This document shows positions 39,001 to 51,100 of a stretch of 64,000 nt of DNA, one piece after another. The notes below the pieces were generated by a model. The model did not search any database. It was not told the DNA's origin and worked only from the letters and a program-made list of their open reading frames with translations. The position numbers and the translations under genes were made by a program. Numbering within the stretch: the first letter of the stretch is position 1; each line of letters starts with the position of its first letter. The DNA comes from Penicillus capitatus (taxonomy: Eukaryota > Plantae > Chlorophyta), in contig OZ287700.1 in NCBI GenBank assembly GCA_965649825.1, positions 930,001-994,000 of the forward strand, written 5' to 3'.

Positions 39001-40123
39001 TTCATGGATGTCATACTGTAAGATGACATCCTCTGATGTTAATCCGAGTGATTCTCTCACAACTTTGGTGCTGACTCCTGAGTTTTGGTATTGCAGCTAA
39101 ACAGCAGTTGCAGAGCTACCCTTCGCAGACTGACATCCATTTCCTGACTCACCTTGTAAAAGATGTTTTGGAGTGCCAAGGGAACAGATCGCTCTGGCTC
39201 ATCTGTCTCCAACGTCGGCATGCGATAGACCGCCTGAATCGTTCATCATTTCCTTGTTAGCATCCATGACACCAAGTAACCGACTTCTCACTCTTCTAAA
39301 GCGGCGAAGGTGATAGAGACATTGAAGGAGTGAATTCAAGTGGACATCGTCTTCCCTATTCTTTAAGCTGACGAATCCACACTGTCTTCCCATTATTCTG
39401 TGCGGATACAGTCTCTCCAGATACGCTGTAATTTTGACCGTTATAATCATCGTGTCATTGACTACAAATCCGGTTTTTGGATTCTGCGTATCGCGCAGAG
39501 GCAGGAATTGAGTGAAACCCCAACTCTCTCCCTTGTCCGTAAACCAATAACTGTCCTCTGGACACAGAAGAGTGAGAACTCGTCACGAGAGAGATGGCAA
39601 ACCGTGTCTAATGGACATCGATTCTTGTTCCTGATTCACGGCCACTAGTTCAAAACGCGTTCTGGGGTGTAGCCGGTTTGGAGTGAATGGTGCCTCCGGG
39701 AAATCCAGATAGACACTCACAAAGTCGCTTTCGTTATAGTATTTGTTACCCCTTGGAAAGAGTAACAATCGCCTGAGAGCATCCTCTTCAAAACATCTGT
39801 GACCAAAGAGTGACCTACCAGGTGTATATGCCGACATCAAATTCAGGCGAGCAGTATTCTTGTTCTTCAATGCGCGAAAAGTTCTCGATGCGCCACTGCG
39901 AACGAACACACGGAGTTGGAGTACATCTTTACTTTTCAAGCTCACTGTGTATGTTCCGTGCCATTCCAACGGTTCTTGCGTCGCCGTGCCCGCTGCGCTC
40001 ACCGAATCTACAACAGTGACACAGCCTCGTCTTGTGCGATTCGTATTGTGTCCCTGTCTTACTGTTGTCCGTCGCCATATCGGTCTCTTGATTTGTCGGC
40101 GCAACAGTTCCTTGTCTTTTCAT
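36077..40123 (-). CDS. USP7/UBP12-like copy 3; multi-exon, frame apparently intact, predicted catalytically inactive
   Basis: Same exon structure as copy 1: WRIENFS...WRLLLFPRGN; GFVSLKNREDDVHLNSLLQ; YRLHSVFVHSGDPGEISY; WYKFDD; MLVYIR. Start may be 40123 or the next in-frame ATG. Confidence 0.88.
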
Positions 40124-41316
40124 GCCAACGGCGCAGTCATGTATCGTGACTCACACACTGCCGTCAACTTCGTCTTGAAAAAAGTGAACACGAGTGTGAA
40201 AACAAACGACGGACGCCAGCAAGTGAGCGTCAGTCAGTTATTCGTCGAGTAGATGACACAGGAAATAATCGCACGACACGCAGAATAACTCCCACTTGTT
40301 AACTTGACATAACAGTCGCAGAAGTCGGTTCCACGGAGGAAGCTATGCACAAAGAATGAACCGTTTCGTGTTTATTCGACTGACCATGTTCGTCCTATTT
40401 CGTCCATTTCTGCTCCTGTCTTTCTTACTTCATAGCTCTGTTCTCCACATCGTCGTCACGGAGAAAACGCCGCACAATGGAATCGCAGCAAAACCCGAGA
40501 ATGTCCGAGTAAGGATAGATGCTGCTGTAGGTTTCCTGTTCTTGGCGTTCCCTTAGGAACGTGTTTCGCTCCGCTATCCCCTAAACGATCCTAGGCACGA
40601 CGTTTAATGCAAAGAGAAGAAGAAGACGCGCAGATGGCTTTTCGCCAGACCTAAACCCAGAAGACAAAGAAATTATTGGAGAGAAGCAGGGACAGACGGG
40701 AAGGATATCACTGGTTGCTTTTAGGCTACAAATTCTCCCTGATGAGAACAGAGAAGCTGTCCGCATCTCTGACGAAAGTACTCACCTTGCCTTCAAGATC
40801 ATCACCGAGATTGTTGGCGAAAGCACACGTTCGTGCCTCTCCCGATGACCATTGTCGCCGCAGGAGATTATGCTGCACTTTGAAAGGCACCTGCTATTCG
40901 GACTGTTAACATAAACGCGCCTGAAGCAGCGAATCTATTTCCTTGCTTCCAGCCATGTGAGAAGATCAAGCCAGCTATCTGGATAGTACTCTCCACTTCG
41001 CAACCGCAAGTCCGAAAAGAGAACTGCGAGAATGAACAACAAAGAGTGTGTGCGTCTGTCGATGTACACGGAAATGCTCAAAGATTGGGCGAAGCGGCCG
41101 ATGGAAAAAAGGTTGGTGCAAGAGCGGGAACGCTACGCGACCTTATGCATCACCTCTCTTCTGCTCAGGAAGAAACCGGCGTCTCTTCCCAGAGATTCTA
41201 CTATGTTTGCCGCTATGATGTTGTAACGCGTGAATGTGTTTTTAAAACGAACAGATGTTTTTCGTGCAAAAAGATATCGAGTGTCTCAGAACCCCCTTTG
41301 TCTATTCTTCGCATCG

Positions 41317-43041
41317 ATGCAAACATCTATGCCGCCAAATCCGACGCCGGAGGACTCGAACCCTTCGAACGCGCCACCCCGTCCAGAACCGCCAGATACC
41401 CACGGCGGTGACTCGGAGCAACCCCTCCAGCCACCGCGACAGTCCTGGGCAGACTCAGTGGAAGCGGAAGAGAGACGAGCGAGTCTAACACAGCCTCGAG
41501 CCGGAGATTACAAGATCACGCTTCGCCGCGTCTACGAAAAGCTTGTCACGATCAACAGTGACGATACTACTCGCCCAGCACTGGAATCGGCCAAACTACT
41601 GGTTGAGGGTCTACTCTCCGGTGCGGAAATGGCAGACGCCATGCGCCCCGCAACCGTCCCATCGCAGCATGCCGATGCCTATCCAACACTACGACAAAGT
41701 ACCCTAACCGGACTGTCCTCCGGTCGCCCACCGCAATCGACCTACCTAAGCATTGCCCGCTCGAACTTGAGACCTGCCTCCAGACGTCCGCCCGAAGCGC
41801 TTCGGACTGGGACTGCCCCTATGACAGGAGTTCGTCGTGCTCCCTTCTCAGCAGCTGCCCGCGACAAACAAACAGCGTTGGACCGCCTACGCCGACTCCG
41901 CCCCCTAGCCCCGAATGCAAGCTGCCAGTTCTTTCTGTCGCCCGTTGTGGAGGACGCATGCCGACCAGTCCCTAGCTACTTCCGGTTCAGAGAAGCGTGG
42001 GAAGCATGGGCAGCAGAAATTGGTGGTCGTATCGAGATGCTCCGCTCGATGCCGAGCGGTGACTACTTGGTACAAGGCGACGATAATGTCATTCAGTGGA
42101 TGCGTACGCACTATTACCCAGAAGTCAACTTTGTGGACTTTGGCTCCTGGCAGCCACGTCCACGACCGACTGATCCTTCCCCCTCCGTGGTATTGGAAGG
42201 TGTTGATCTGGGCATGTCTCACAGAGAAATCATCAGAGAAATAAAGAAGAATGCGGCAATCCTTGAGATACCCGAATCGCAACTACAATCAGCAACACTC
42301 ACCTTTTCCCGTTTCTTTCGGAAGCCTTTTGTGGGTTCGGGTGCTGAGCCCACCCTGAATGGACGACTGGTTGGCCCGGTATCGATCATTAGCGCTCTCA
42401 GACAGCGTCAAGGTTGCTTTCTGGGCACGATGCCGATATATGCCAGAGCGTATTCAAGACCCACGAACAATACCACCGCGTACCAGCATGACAACGCAGG
42501 CACACCCAATGAAGACCATCGCGACAACCGTGACAAACGCACATCAACAGCCCGAGAGAATGAAGAACAAGATCTCATGGCAACAGAGGAAAGAGAAGGT
42601 TATGAACAAGCGCTCCCACCTTCGGTGCGCCAGAAAACAACAGCGGACAATGAAACACGGCTACTCTCTCCCAGGAGGGACGACCCCTCCCGCAGAGAAT
42701 GGCTGCAATCATTAGCACTTCCCCCTCCGAATCTCTTAGCGTCGGCACCGCCGGCCACCGGAAAAGAAACACCAGAAGAGACGATAGAGGAGACGCCCGA
42801 TACTGCAGGACTCAGAGCCCAAGATACACTGCCAGACTCTGAAAACCCCTTCGAGGCTCTTTCGGCTGAGATTCAACAAGGACTGGACGACCTCTCCGAT
42901 TTGCAGAGACGTCAAGCGGCGACTCCTAGCTTGACGCCACGAGACGTCCGATCCAAAGAACCCCCGCCGTCCGGCCCTCGACGCAGCGAACGCCTTCGTC
43001 GACAGCGCGAGCGACAAGAACAAGACAAACAACAACAATGA
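41317..43041 (+). CDS. LINE ORF1, about 574 aa, no CCHC zinc knuckles seen
   Basis: First in-frame ATG inside the TSD boundary; Pro-rich and basic; VVLEGVDLGMSHREIIREIKKN segment; its stop overlaps the ORF2 start (ATGA). Confidence 0.8.
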   Translation: MQTSMPPNPTPEDSNPSNAPPRPEPPDTHGGDSEQPLQPPRQSWADSVEAEERRASLTQPRAGDYKITLRRVYEKLVTINSDDTTRPALESAKLLVEGLLSGAEMADAMRPATVPSQHADAYPTLRQSTLTGLSSGRPPQSTYLSIARSNLRPASRRPPEALRTGTAPMTGVRRAPFSAAARDKQTALDRLRRLRPLAPNASCQFFLSPVVEDACRPVPSYFRFREAWEAWAAEIGGRIEMLRSMPSGDYLVQGDDNVIQWMRTHYYPEVNFVDFGSWQPRPRPTDPSPSVVLEGVDLGMSHREIIREIKKNAAILEIPESQLQSATLTFSRFFRKPFVGSGAEPTLNGRLVGPVSIISALRQRQGCFLGTMPIYARAYSRPTNNTTAYQHDNAGTPNEDHRDNRDKRTSTARENEEQDLMATEEREGYEQALPPSVRQKTTADNETRLLSPRRDDPSRREWLQSLALPPPNLLASAPPATGKETPEETIEETPDTAGLRAQDTLPDSENPFEALSAEIQQGLDDLSDLQRRQAATPSLTPRDVRSKEPPPSGPRRSERLRRQRERQEQDKQQQ

Positions 43042-46000
43042 CGGAGCACATATCACCGCGATCACTCACGCACAAGCAATCTGCCACGCACCACTTCACC
43101 TGTGACCAATGTAACCTGGCTGGAAGACAAATCAGCATGGACGCACTTCAACTCTGGCTCCTGGAACAAAACCCAGACGTATTCATCTGCAGTGACCCCC
43201 CGTGGTTTCTGAGAACTCATGAATTCACATCGATGCGACACGCCTGGATTCGCTGTTCCAAAGACAAGGATGCCCTTGCGGGCATCTTCATTCGATCAAA
43301 CATTAGTCATCAACTCCTACCCCTTCCGACCCCCTCCGATAGGGTCTTGGCCATTTCACTGAACACAAAGATAGGTGAAATGGTAATCATTGCATGCTAC
43401 ATACAGCACACAAGTGGCGCGGGTCTCGAAGCTCTGGATAGCGCTATCCGAATGGCAAAAAGTCGAACCTCACTGGTGCTCATAGGTGGCGACCTCAATG
43501 GACATTCGCCACTTTGGGGAGACCAAAACACAAACCCATTGGGAGCCCAGATAGAGGATCTAATCGGGGCCTTAGGGCTGATAGTTCTCAACATGCCGGA
43601 CAGCATCGCAACCTTTCAGAACAGCAGAGGACACAGCAGCTGGATAGATGTCACCCTGGGCACCCAGCACCTAGCCGAACTACTAGAAGCTCATGAAGTG
43701 CTACCGGATGCTCTTCCTTCGGACTACAACCTCCTTCGCACAACACTCAACCTCGAAAGCAAACATATCCCAACGCGGGGAGTATGGACCTGGGACCAGA
43801 CGGATTGGCCAACCTTCGCAGTCCGCCTCGAAGAACGCCTCCCGAACTGGCTGAAGACTCAGAGTCTTGACTCTCCGAAGCTGATAGAAGAGAGTGTCAC
43901 ACTCCTTTCAAAAGCCATCAGACAAACACGCTCTGAGCTGGTGACTTACCGACACCTCCGCTCTAAGCCAAAACCGTGGTTTACACCTGCAGTGAGGATA
44001 CAGCACCGGGCCCTCCGGAAAGCCAAAAATGCACTGCACAAGGCACAGAGAAGAGCAGTCAATGGACAAGCGCCACCACAAGTCGCCACAACATATAAAA
44101 AAGCACGGCTCAAGTTTGAAGTCACGGTCAAAAATGCGAAGGATCAATGTTTCACAGACTTCTGCAAGCAAATTCGCCCACATGTGGACATGTGGGATAA
44201 ATTCCGACAAATCTGTGGCACACGCCGCATCGAGTCAGTCCCGGCTCTCAGCACCGACGAACAAACGGTCAGTGATCCAGGAGACAAAGCCGACCTTCTG
44301 CTCCACACCTTCTTTCCTGGAGCCACTACAACATCTCCTGGCACACCCGAGGTGTCCCAACCATGGGAACGTCCAATCCTCAACTCCCCTGTGGAACTCA
44401 TCACCTCACAAGAAGTGCAAAACACGATCTCCTATGCACGCCGCACGGCACCTGGAAGCGATGAAATACCAGTGATCTGCTGGCAGGCCTGCTCCTCGTT
44501 CCTGGTCCCGATACTACAGCGAATCTACAATGCCTGCCTGCAGTGTAACTACTATCCCAGTCAGTGGCGTCACGCACAAGTCCTTCCCTTACCCAAAGGA
44601 ACGAAGAATCGCTCGCATCTAAGCTCCTGGAGACCGATTAGTCTGCTGTGTAATGCAGGCAAGTTCATGGAAAAGATTATCCAACGTCGGCTTTCGCTAT
44701 TCCTGGAACGCACAAAGGCACTTAGCGAGGCACAACACGGCTTCCGACGGAATCACTCCACTGAATCGGCCCTCTCGGTCCTCGCCGAAGACACCACTCG
44801 AGCCTTCAGTCGACGGAAACAAATCGTCGCTGTCAGCCTGGACATATCCAAAGCCTTCGACTCAGTCTCGCACTCACTACTTCTACAACGCATGTCAGAC
44901 CTGGCAGCACCGCAGTATATAACAAAGTTCCTTTGCTCGTTCTTGACACAGCGAAGCGCCACATTGACATTGGATGGAACCTCAAGACACGTCACTGTCC
45001 CGCAAGGAGTACCCCAAGGCTCCAGCCTATCGCCGACCATCTTCTCGATCTACATGGACACGCTCGCAAACGTTATTCGACCTCCGGTGCGACTACTGAT
45101 GTATGCCGATGACTGCTTGCTGTATCAAGAAATCGGCCGTGAGCAGACAGACTGTGCGCCTTTGCAAACAGCACTAGCTCATACGATCCACTGGGGCGTC
45201 ACTTGGAGCCTGTCCTTCAATCCGACAAAATCCCAACTCTGCCGCTTCAGCAGACTGCGTCGCACGAATCCCGTCGAACTGCACCAAGGCCCCCGCCTCC
45301 TCCGTGAACAACCAATAATCAGATATCTCGGGCTAGACATTGATACAGCATGGACATTCATCGGACATCGCAAGAACAAGAAAACTATCTGTCAACGACG
45401 ACTAGCCCAGATACGTCGTCTCAGTCATAGCCTCTGGGGTTCCTCTCCGTGGGTAACAAAGAGACTGATGGACGCATGCATCCTCCCAGTATGCCTATAC
45501 GGCTCTTCGATCTATGACCCGATTTCCCGAGGTCGCTCATCACGCCTCCAAATCCTTCGCTCCGTCTATAGGACCGGAGGCATTTACATCACTGGAGCAC
45601 ACCGCACAACGCCCACGTGCTCGGTACTGCAGCTTGCTGGACTTCATCCACCCGAGGTCGACATCTTAGACCGTCTCACAAACTCCAAACATCTGTGGCC
45701 CTCACCCACAAGGCCTGCAGGGAGCAAACCGCGCTACATCTCGCCAGCAGAGCACCATGCTACGACCTTCGCACGCATAGCCGCTCAGGACTGGATATCA
45801 GCGGACGTGCAACGTCTACTCCGAGAAAACATCGAACAAGGAAGACGCAGTCAGCTAGTCCAAGCCGCCCGCAAAGCTTACCTCACGACGCTCGTTTGCG
45901 ACATCTGGAATACAGACTCCAAAGGACAAGCGCTGAAGAAAACGGGATGGTCTACAATGTCAAGCCTGGAGCAATCTTGGTTGAAACAGTTTTCAAGACC

Positions 46001-46265
46001 CAGTGTCACACGGCTCACACGCTTCCTCTCAGGACACTTTCCCATGAAGACATACCTAGCACGATTTCACTGCCTAGAAGAAAGCACCTCGTTATGCTGT
46101 CGGTTTGGATGTGACCAAGAAGAAACGCGAGAACATCTTCTTAGCTGCCCGCAGCTGACCAACCTTAGAAACAAGACAATCGGGGCTGCGAATTTTCCCC
46201 AAACATTGTCAATTAACTATCTTTTGCAACTTGACAATTACCTGGCAGAATCCAAAATTACCTGA
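43038..46265 (+). CDS. LINE ORF2: APE endonuclease + reverse transcriptase + C-terminal CCHC
   Basis: GGDLNGHSPLW, SWIDVT, APGSDEI, WRPISLL, QHGFR, LDISKAFDSV, GVPQGSSLSP, YADD, YLG, GAHRTTP, CRFGC...EHLLSCP. Confidence 0.97.
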   Translation: MTEHISPRSLTHKQSATHHFTCDQCNLAGRQISMDALQLWLLEQNPDVFICSDPPWFLRTHEFTSMRHAWIRCSKDKDALAGIFIRSNISHQLLPLPTPSDRVLAISLNTKIGEMVIIACYIQHTSGAGLEALDSAIRMAKSRTSLVLIGGDLNGHSPLWGDQNTNPLGAQIEDLIGALGLIVLNMPDSIATFQNSRGHSSWIDVTLGTQHLAELLEAHEVLPDALPSDYNLLRTTLNLESKHIPTRGVWTWDQTDWPTFAVRLEERLPNWLKTQSLDSPKLIEESVTLLSKAIRQTRSELVTYRHLRSKPKPWFTPAVRIQHRALRKAKNALHKAQRRAVNGQAPPQVATTYKKARLKFEVTVKNAKDQCFTDFCKQIRPHVDMWDKFRQICGTRRIESVPALSTDEQTVSDPGDKADLLLHTFFPGATTTSPGTPEVSQPWERPILNSPVELITSQEVQNTISYARRTAPGSDEIPVICWQACSSFLVPILQRIYNACLQCNYYPSQWRHAQVLPLPKGTKNRSHLSSWRPISLLCNAGKFMEKIIQRRLSLFLERTKALSEAQHGFRRNHSTESALSVLAEDTTRAFSRRKQIVAVSLDISKAFDSVSHSLLLQRMSDLAAPQYITKFLCSFLTQRSATLTLDGTSRHVTVPQGVPQGSSLSPTIFSIYMDTLANVIRPPVRLLMYADDCLLYQEIGREQTDCAPLQTALAHTIHWGVTWSLSFNPTKSQLCRFSRLRRTNPVELHQGPRLLREQPIIRYLGLDIDTAWTFIGHRKNKKTICQRRLAQIRRLSHSLWGSSPWVTKRLMDACILPVCLYGSSIYDPISRGRSSRLQILRSVYRTGGIYITGAHRTTPTCSVLQLAGLHPPEVDILDRLTNSKHLWPSPTRPAGSKPRYISPAEHHATTFARIAAQDWISADVQRLLRENIEQGRRSQLVQAARKAYLTTLVCDIWNTDSKGQALKKTGWSTMSSLEQSWLKQFSRPSVTRLTRFLSGHFPMKTYLARFHCLEESTSLCCRFGCDQEETREHLLSCPQLTNLRNKTIGAANFPQTLSINYLLQLDNYLAESKIT

Positions 46266-46499
46266 ATTCCCCTTTCTCTGTAGTCAGTAAGAACCATGGG
46301 ATATACCTCAGTGTGAACCCCATGTAAAAATCACAATTAGAGAGAGAACCCCCTTTGTATACGTTTTCACAGCATGACGTTATGATCGCGTCATGCTTCA
46401 TGTCATGATATCATCTTCTTCTTCAGTTCTTCTTCCTTCTTCAGTTTCTTGGTAGTGACAATGTATCGCAGGCATTTGCCTTGGAACAGTCGCTATGTT

Positions 46500-47290
46500 G
46501 TCTGCCACATCAGGCAAATCCATTCGGCCATCGGATCCTTCATCACAGGAAGAAGGCATTGTCATACCCAAGAAGGCAAACAAATACTCCGACAGTGCAT
46601 GGAACCGCTGAGACACACTGGAAGGCTGTTAGACGTCGTACGCAGCACACACGCTCCGAATTCTGCCTGTGGCCACAGAAAGGCAAACGGACGTTAGAGT
46701 CGGCTGAAGAGAGTTCATGCGACGAGACAAGAAAAGGGACAAGTGAGTGACCCGTTCGATGCCTCCAAGGCAGTGACTGAGCACAGTTTGCTGGAATAAG
46801 GCGGAGTGGGTCAGTCGTCATCTCCACAGAGATCGTCGAAGGATAAGCATACGTATTCGGTATATGGAAACCTGAATTCCATAGACCGTTGGTAGACTTG
46901 TCCCTCGCTCTCGTACGACAAAGGCCAAGATGAATATGAGTTGCACTTGAAGACACGGGGCTCGACAGTCGACTTCATACTCAACGAGACATGGGCGTTT
47001 CAGCGACTCGGAGGACTGCTTTCACGGGGCGATGAAGTGAAGTGCATTGGTCCGGCATCGAAGCCCAGCAAAAGGTATTCGTTGCCCATTCGGACAATGG
47101 ACCCAAACTGGTCTGGAACCGTTCGGCAAGCTGAGTTCTGTCCGTTTCTGTTTATTCATGAAGCTCGGACTCTATTCGTACCTGCCTTGTCGGTTTATGG
47201 AGTATTGGGATCAGCATTAAAGTGTGACCTTGATGCCAGCGAATTCAGTGATCTTTTCCTCGAGGGTCCCTGCCTTCATGGTTGATCTGA
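46500..47290 (+). pseudogene. Diverged third copy of the unknown family at 31.5-32.6 kb
   Basis: PSLSYDKGQDEYELHLKTRGSTVDFILNETWAFQRLGGLLS aligns with the arm copies; contains a stop and frameshifts. Confidence 0.5.
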
Positions 47291-48586
47291 CACTGAAGAG
47301 AAAAACTCGAGACGCTATGAGAGATTGGATGCTGAGATGACTGACCGATTTCGAAGCAGCCCTCCGTTTGGCAGTGCCAAAGCAGAAGTGGATGTAGAGA
47401 CAAAGATGATATGCAGATCGCTCGTTTGTTCGCTGTCATGCCTCTCTACCAGAGAGCTTCAATCCGCCAGCTGCCAAGTGGTCTCTCCGTTTGGTATTCG
47501 AGGACAAAGATTCAAGAAACGAAACCGACCAGACCAACCCTTACAGCTAACTGTCATTTGTCCGCTAGCAGGCAGACATGACATTTCCTGTCAACCATGA
47601 AGTAGCTGCTTTATTGGACGGTGCGTTCTGTAAAGGAACAAACAAGGACCAATACAATATGCAGGCCAGAGCGGTGTTATTAAGAGGACGTAGATACCAA
47701 GGCATCAACAAAGTTCGTAAGTCCAGACAGTCAGCAATGTCCACGATTAAGGTTTCAAAAGTTCAAATCCGTTTATATGCGCACAGCGTTAGGGACCAAA
47801 GATCGCACGCAGCTTTGATAGACCTAACAACACGGTGGAAAAACCAAAATTAAAACACAGATGGAAGTCTCTCCGTCGATTTCCTCAGTGCATCGGTTTT
47901 GATATCACACGAGGAGCTAGTGCAGGCGTACATGTGCCATTCGAGGTACAATGTCTTTCGAGTCCTGCGCTGTTTGCTCGAGGGAAATCCTTTCGAGTAA
48001 CGGAGTAATTAAGCCTGGTGGCGGATCATCAGGTATCTATGAATCCTTGAGTACACAGTGAGCAAGCAACACTAACCTTCTGTGTCTTGCTGTGAGAACA
48101 GCAGATGATTATGGCAGCAATGTTCATTTTTTCGATGCACTTGTGAGTTGTTCCTCCCAGCCGCTCATCTGGCCAGGCAGAGGGTATGAAAAACAGAAAA
48201 CAAGTTTGGTGGAAGTCTACAATCAGTGTACAAATAGAATAAGCTTTGACACGAAGGAACGGAGAAATGTTGATTCGGAAAACTGGTCGCCATGGACAAC
48301 AATGCTTACAGAGCTGTACCGCTCCATTAAACATCAACGGACGCTAAAAGCAATGTACGATGAATAGGAATGCGTGCGAGTGATTGAATTTATCAGTAAA
48401 GATGTTATCCCAGCGAGAACATCAAACTTCCACTCTATAAGCGTTGGGTAGGTGTTTCAGCAAAACATGGTTCATTCGCTAACGCGTCTAGAGCAAACAT
48501 AAATTGACCTTTGCTCTGTCCAACCAAAAAAAAAAAGAAATCTTCTGAGGGAGCTTGTGCTTGATAATAATCAACACTTGAATGTG

Positions 48587-51100
48587 TCACATGGAAGGTG
48601 GACCAGTCACATCCAGCCTTTGAAGGATGCGGTCCATGGCAGTCTCCATTCTGTCCATTCTTTCCTTCACGTGATGCCTCCAGTTCTCCTCCTGCAGTTT
48701 GTTTTCTGTCGTTTCTTTTTCAAGCTTCGAACAATGCGCTGTCAGTTCATTCATCTTCTCGTCTACGAGTACGAGTTGCTCTTTCAAGTTTCTCTCGGCC
48801 TTTTGAACTTCAGACTTGACAGTTCTTTCCGTTGCCACCTGTTTGCCCTGCCATTCAGCGTCATGCGATTCTAGTCCATTGACTTCGGGAACGAGAAAAT
48901 GGAAGTAGGCTCCCTCCAATGCGTTTACAATAACTTCATTCGTCGTCCTTGTACGTCGTCCTGGTCGAAGGCATCGACAACAGCACCGGAACAAGAAGCG
49001 ACAAAACCGCACATATAAGAGTCTGCAGCACCATCAATTATCAACAGTGGGCCTCAAATTCCAAGCATGCTCCAACGACTTACTGTTCAGCTCTGTCAGA
49101 AGCATTCACAGACTGAAATTTTGCAACTATCCGGAGTCGCAGTCTTCGCAGTTCTGCTTTCTCCTTTGATCGCACTCTATCGTAGATATCTTGCACAGTG
49201 GCGATCAGCACACTGATCAATACGATCGGTAAAATGTAGATGAATGAAGCAAGTAGCAAAGTGGACCAAATCGCAAGAAAGCCGCTCGAAATAGGAAACA
49301 TCTGTATCGGCATATCGGATCTATCATCAAAGACATTCGAAGAAGTGAATGATGGCATACTTCCACTTCGAAGTTCCCAAGGCAGACGCAGAGGAGGGTT
49401 TCGATTGCATGCCGAAGAGAATCGAATTTGTCTTCGTCATCTCCGATGGGCTCGTTTTTATGGAGCGCCACAAATGCTGAAGAGTACCCAACGATGAACA
49501 GCGTCATCAGTGGCAGAAAACGCCAAGAGTCTGAGACGGCTGATCTCACCATCGAGACGAAGGTGCCGATTCGTTCAAACGGCTGCCACAAAGCAAACAT
49601 CTAAGATGCAAGAACAAACTCAGTGGGAGACAGAAACGATTTGGCAATACCGCGATCCATTGAAGGATGCAGATGAGAGATATGAGAAAGGTGTAGTATT
49701 TGTTGTAACGATCACTGGTGTCAATAGTGCAAACAATCAGCACTAACAGTATACATTCAATCAACGAGATGCTTGCCCTACACGCAACCATCTCAGAGAC
49801 TGGCTGAAGGAGCAAGTAGGCAAATGATGGCCGACCTTCGAAAAGACCGGAGGTAAAACGTTCCATACGATCGTAAAAGGGTGGAAGCATATATCGGGTA
49901 TACCGAGTATCCGAAACGTAACTCTCCGTACTCATTTGGTCCAAACCCAAGGGAGCAGATTGTAAAAGCCAATGCGGCTAAGACATCTAGGATGACGGTG
50001 GATTGATAGATGTGGCGGTAAACCTGAAACCAGTGGTCAATAAAGCTCACCAGTGTCTTAGATTCGAAGACTTCCACTGACAGGTGCAGATCGTGAAGGA
50101 ACTCACAAAAATGCTCCCCTCTGCGGTTAACGATGCTGGGCAGCAGACGCGAGACAATCGATAGCAAGGCGTTCGGGTTCTTCCGACGTACCGGAAAACC
50201 GATGCAGAAGACCTTTGCAACGACCCCAATTTGCGCATCTAAGGTGCCGCTGATTGAGTGGGCATCCTCTTCCCAGTGTTCGATCCATAGACCCTTTCCC
50301 CGTTCGCCGTTCATCGCTCTCCAGTTGTCCGGTATCGTCCTTGTGATCATGGTTTTCGGAATCTTGCTGCTGGTGTCCAGAACAGCCTTTGGTACCTGAA
50401 ATCTGGCGTACTCGATGGTAAGCTTATCATTTTTGAGGAGATCTCCCAAGATTTGGGGACATCTTTCTCCAATGAGGCGTAGATGTTTTGACAGGAGATC
50501 GCTCGTTTCTTCCACAGAAGCGCATTTCTCAGTGAGCTTTTCCAGAATGAATCTGACACTCCCATATGCATCGTTCTCGATTTCCCGCAACAGTAAATCT
50601 TCATCCTCTTTCCGAAATGTCACAGTGATTCCTTCGTTCTTTGCATAATCGAGCAGCATCTCTGCGCAGTTGTATTGGCCTTTCTGAATGGCATCCCAGA
50701 GAATAGGTTGTCCGTTTGCGTCAGTCGCGTCGAAGACATGCATTCCGTGCTCGGAGATGAGCCTATCCGACAGGCAGAGCGAGCACTAACCCCCTCTGTC
50801 AAAACGTGCAAGGGTACTTGCTCACCGGTTCACTTCTTCCGGCTTCCATTCCAACGGCAATTCGACAACGCGTCGTCGAGGTTCGTTTGAAGAACCGCCG
50901 CCGTCTTGTCCTAGAGGAACGCGGCGTTGTTCATTCCTCGGTCGAGAGACAAAGAAGTCATGAGTGGTTGCACACACCTACGGTCGCAATTTGCGTTGTC
51001 TGTAGAGGCATCATCTCCTGACCCTGTTCCTCCGTCCTTCGCCGCGAGAGAGACAGCCTCAGTTCGACATTTTCTTCGTTTGAAGCGTTTTCGGCCGTTC
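48587..51100 (-). CDS. Ankyrin-containing TRP-like cation channel, multi-exon (5' end approximate)
   Basis: Ankyrin-like DANGQPILWDAIQKGQYNCAEMLL; S4-S5 linker IGTFVSMVRSAVSDSWRFLPLMTLFIVGYSSAF; pore FDSLRHAIETLLCVCLGNFE; S6 IVLISVLIATVQDIYDRVR; C-terminal coiled coil. Confidence 0.8.

Larger units (their letters stand above)
41302..46344 (+). mobile_element. Full-length non-LTR retrotransposon (APE-RT; I/Tad1/R1-group-like) flanked by a 14-bp TSD
   Basis: AGAACCCCCTTTGT at 41288-41301 and at 46345-46358; two uninterrupted ORFs; short GA-rich 3' end. Confidence 0.93.
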
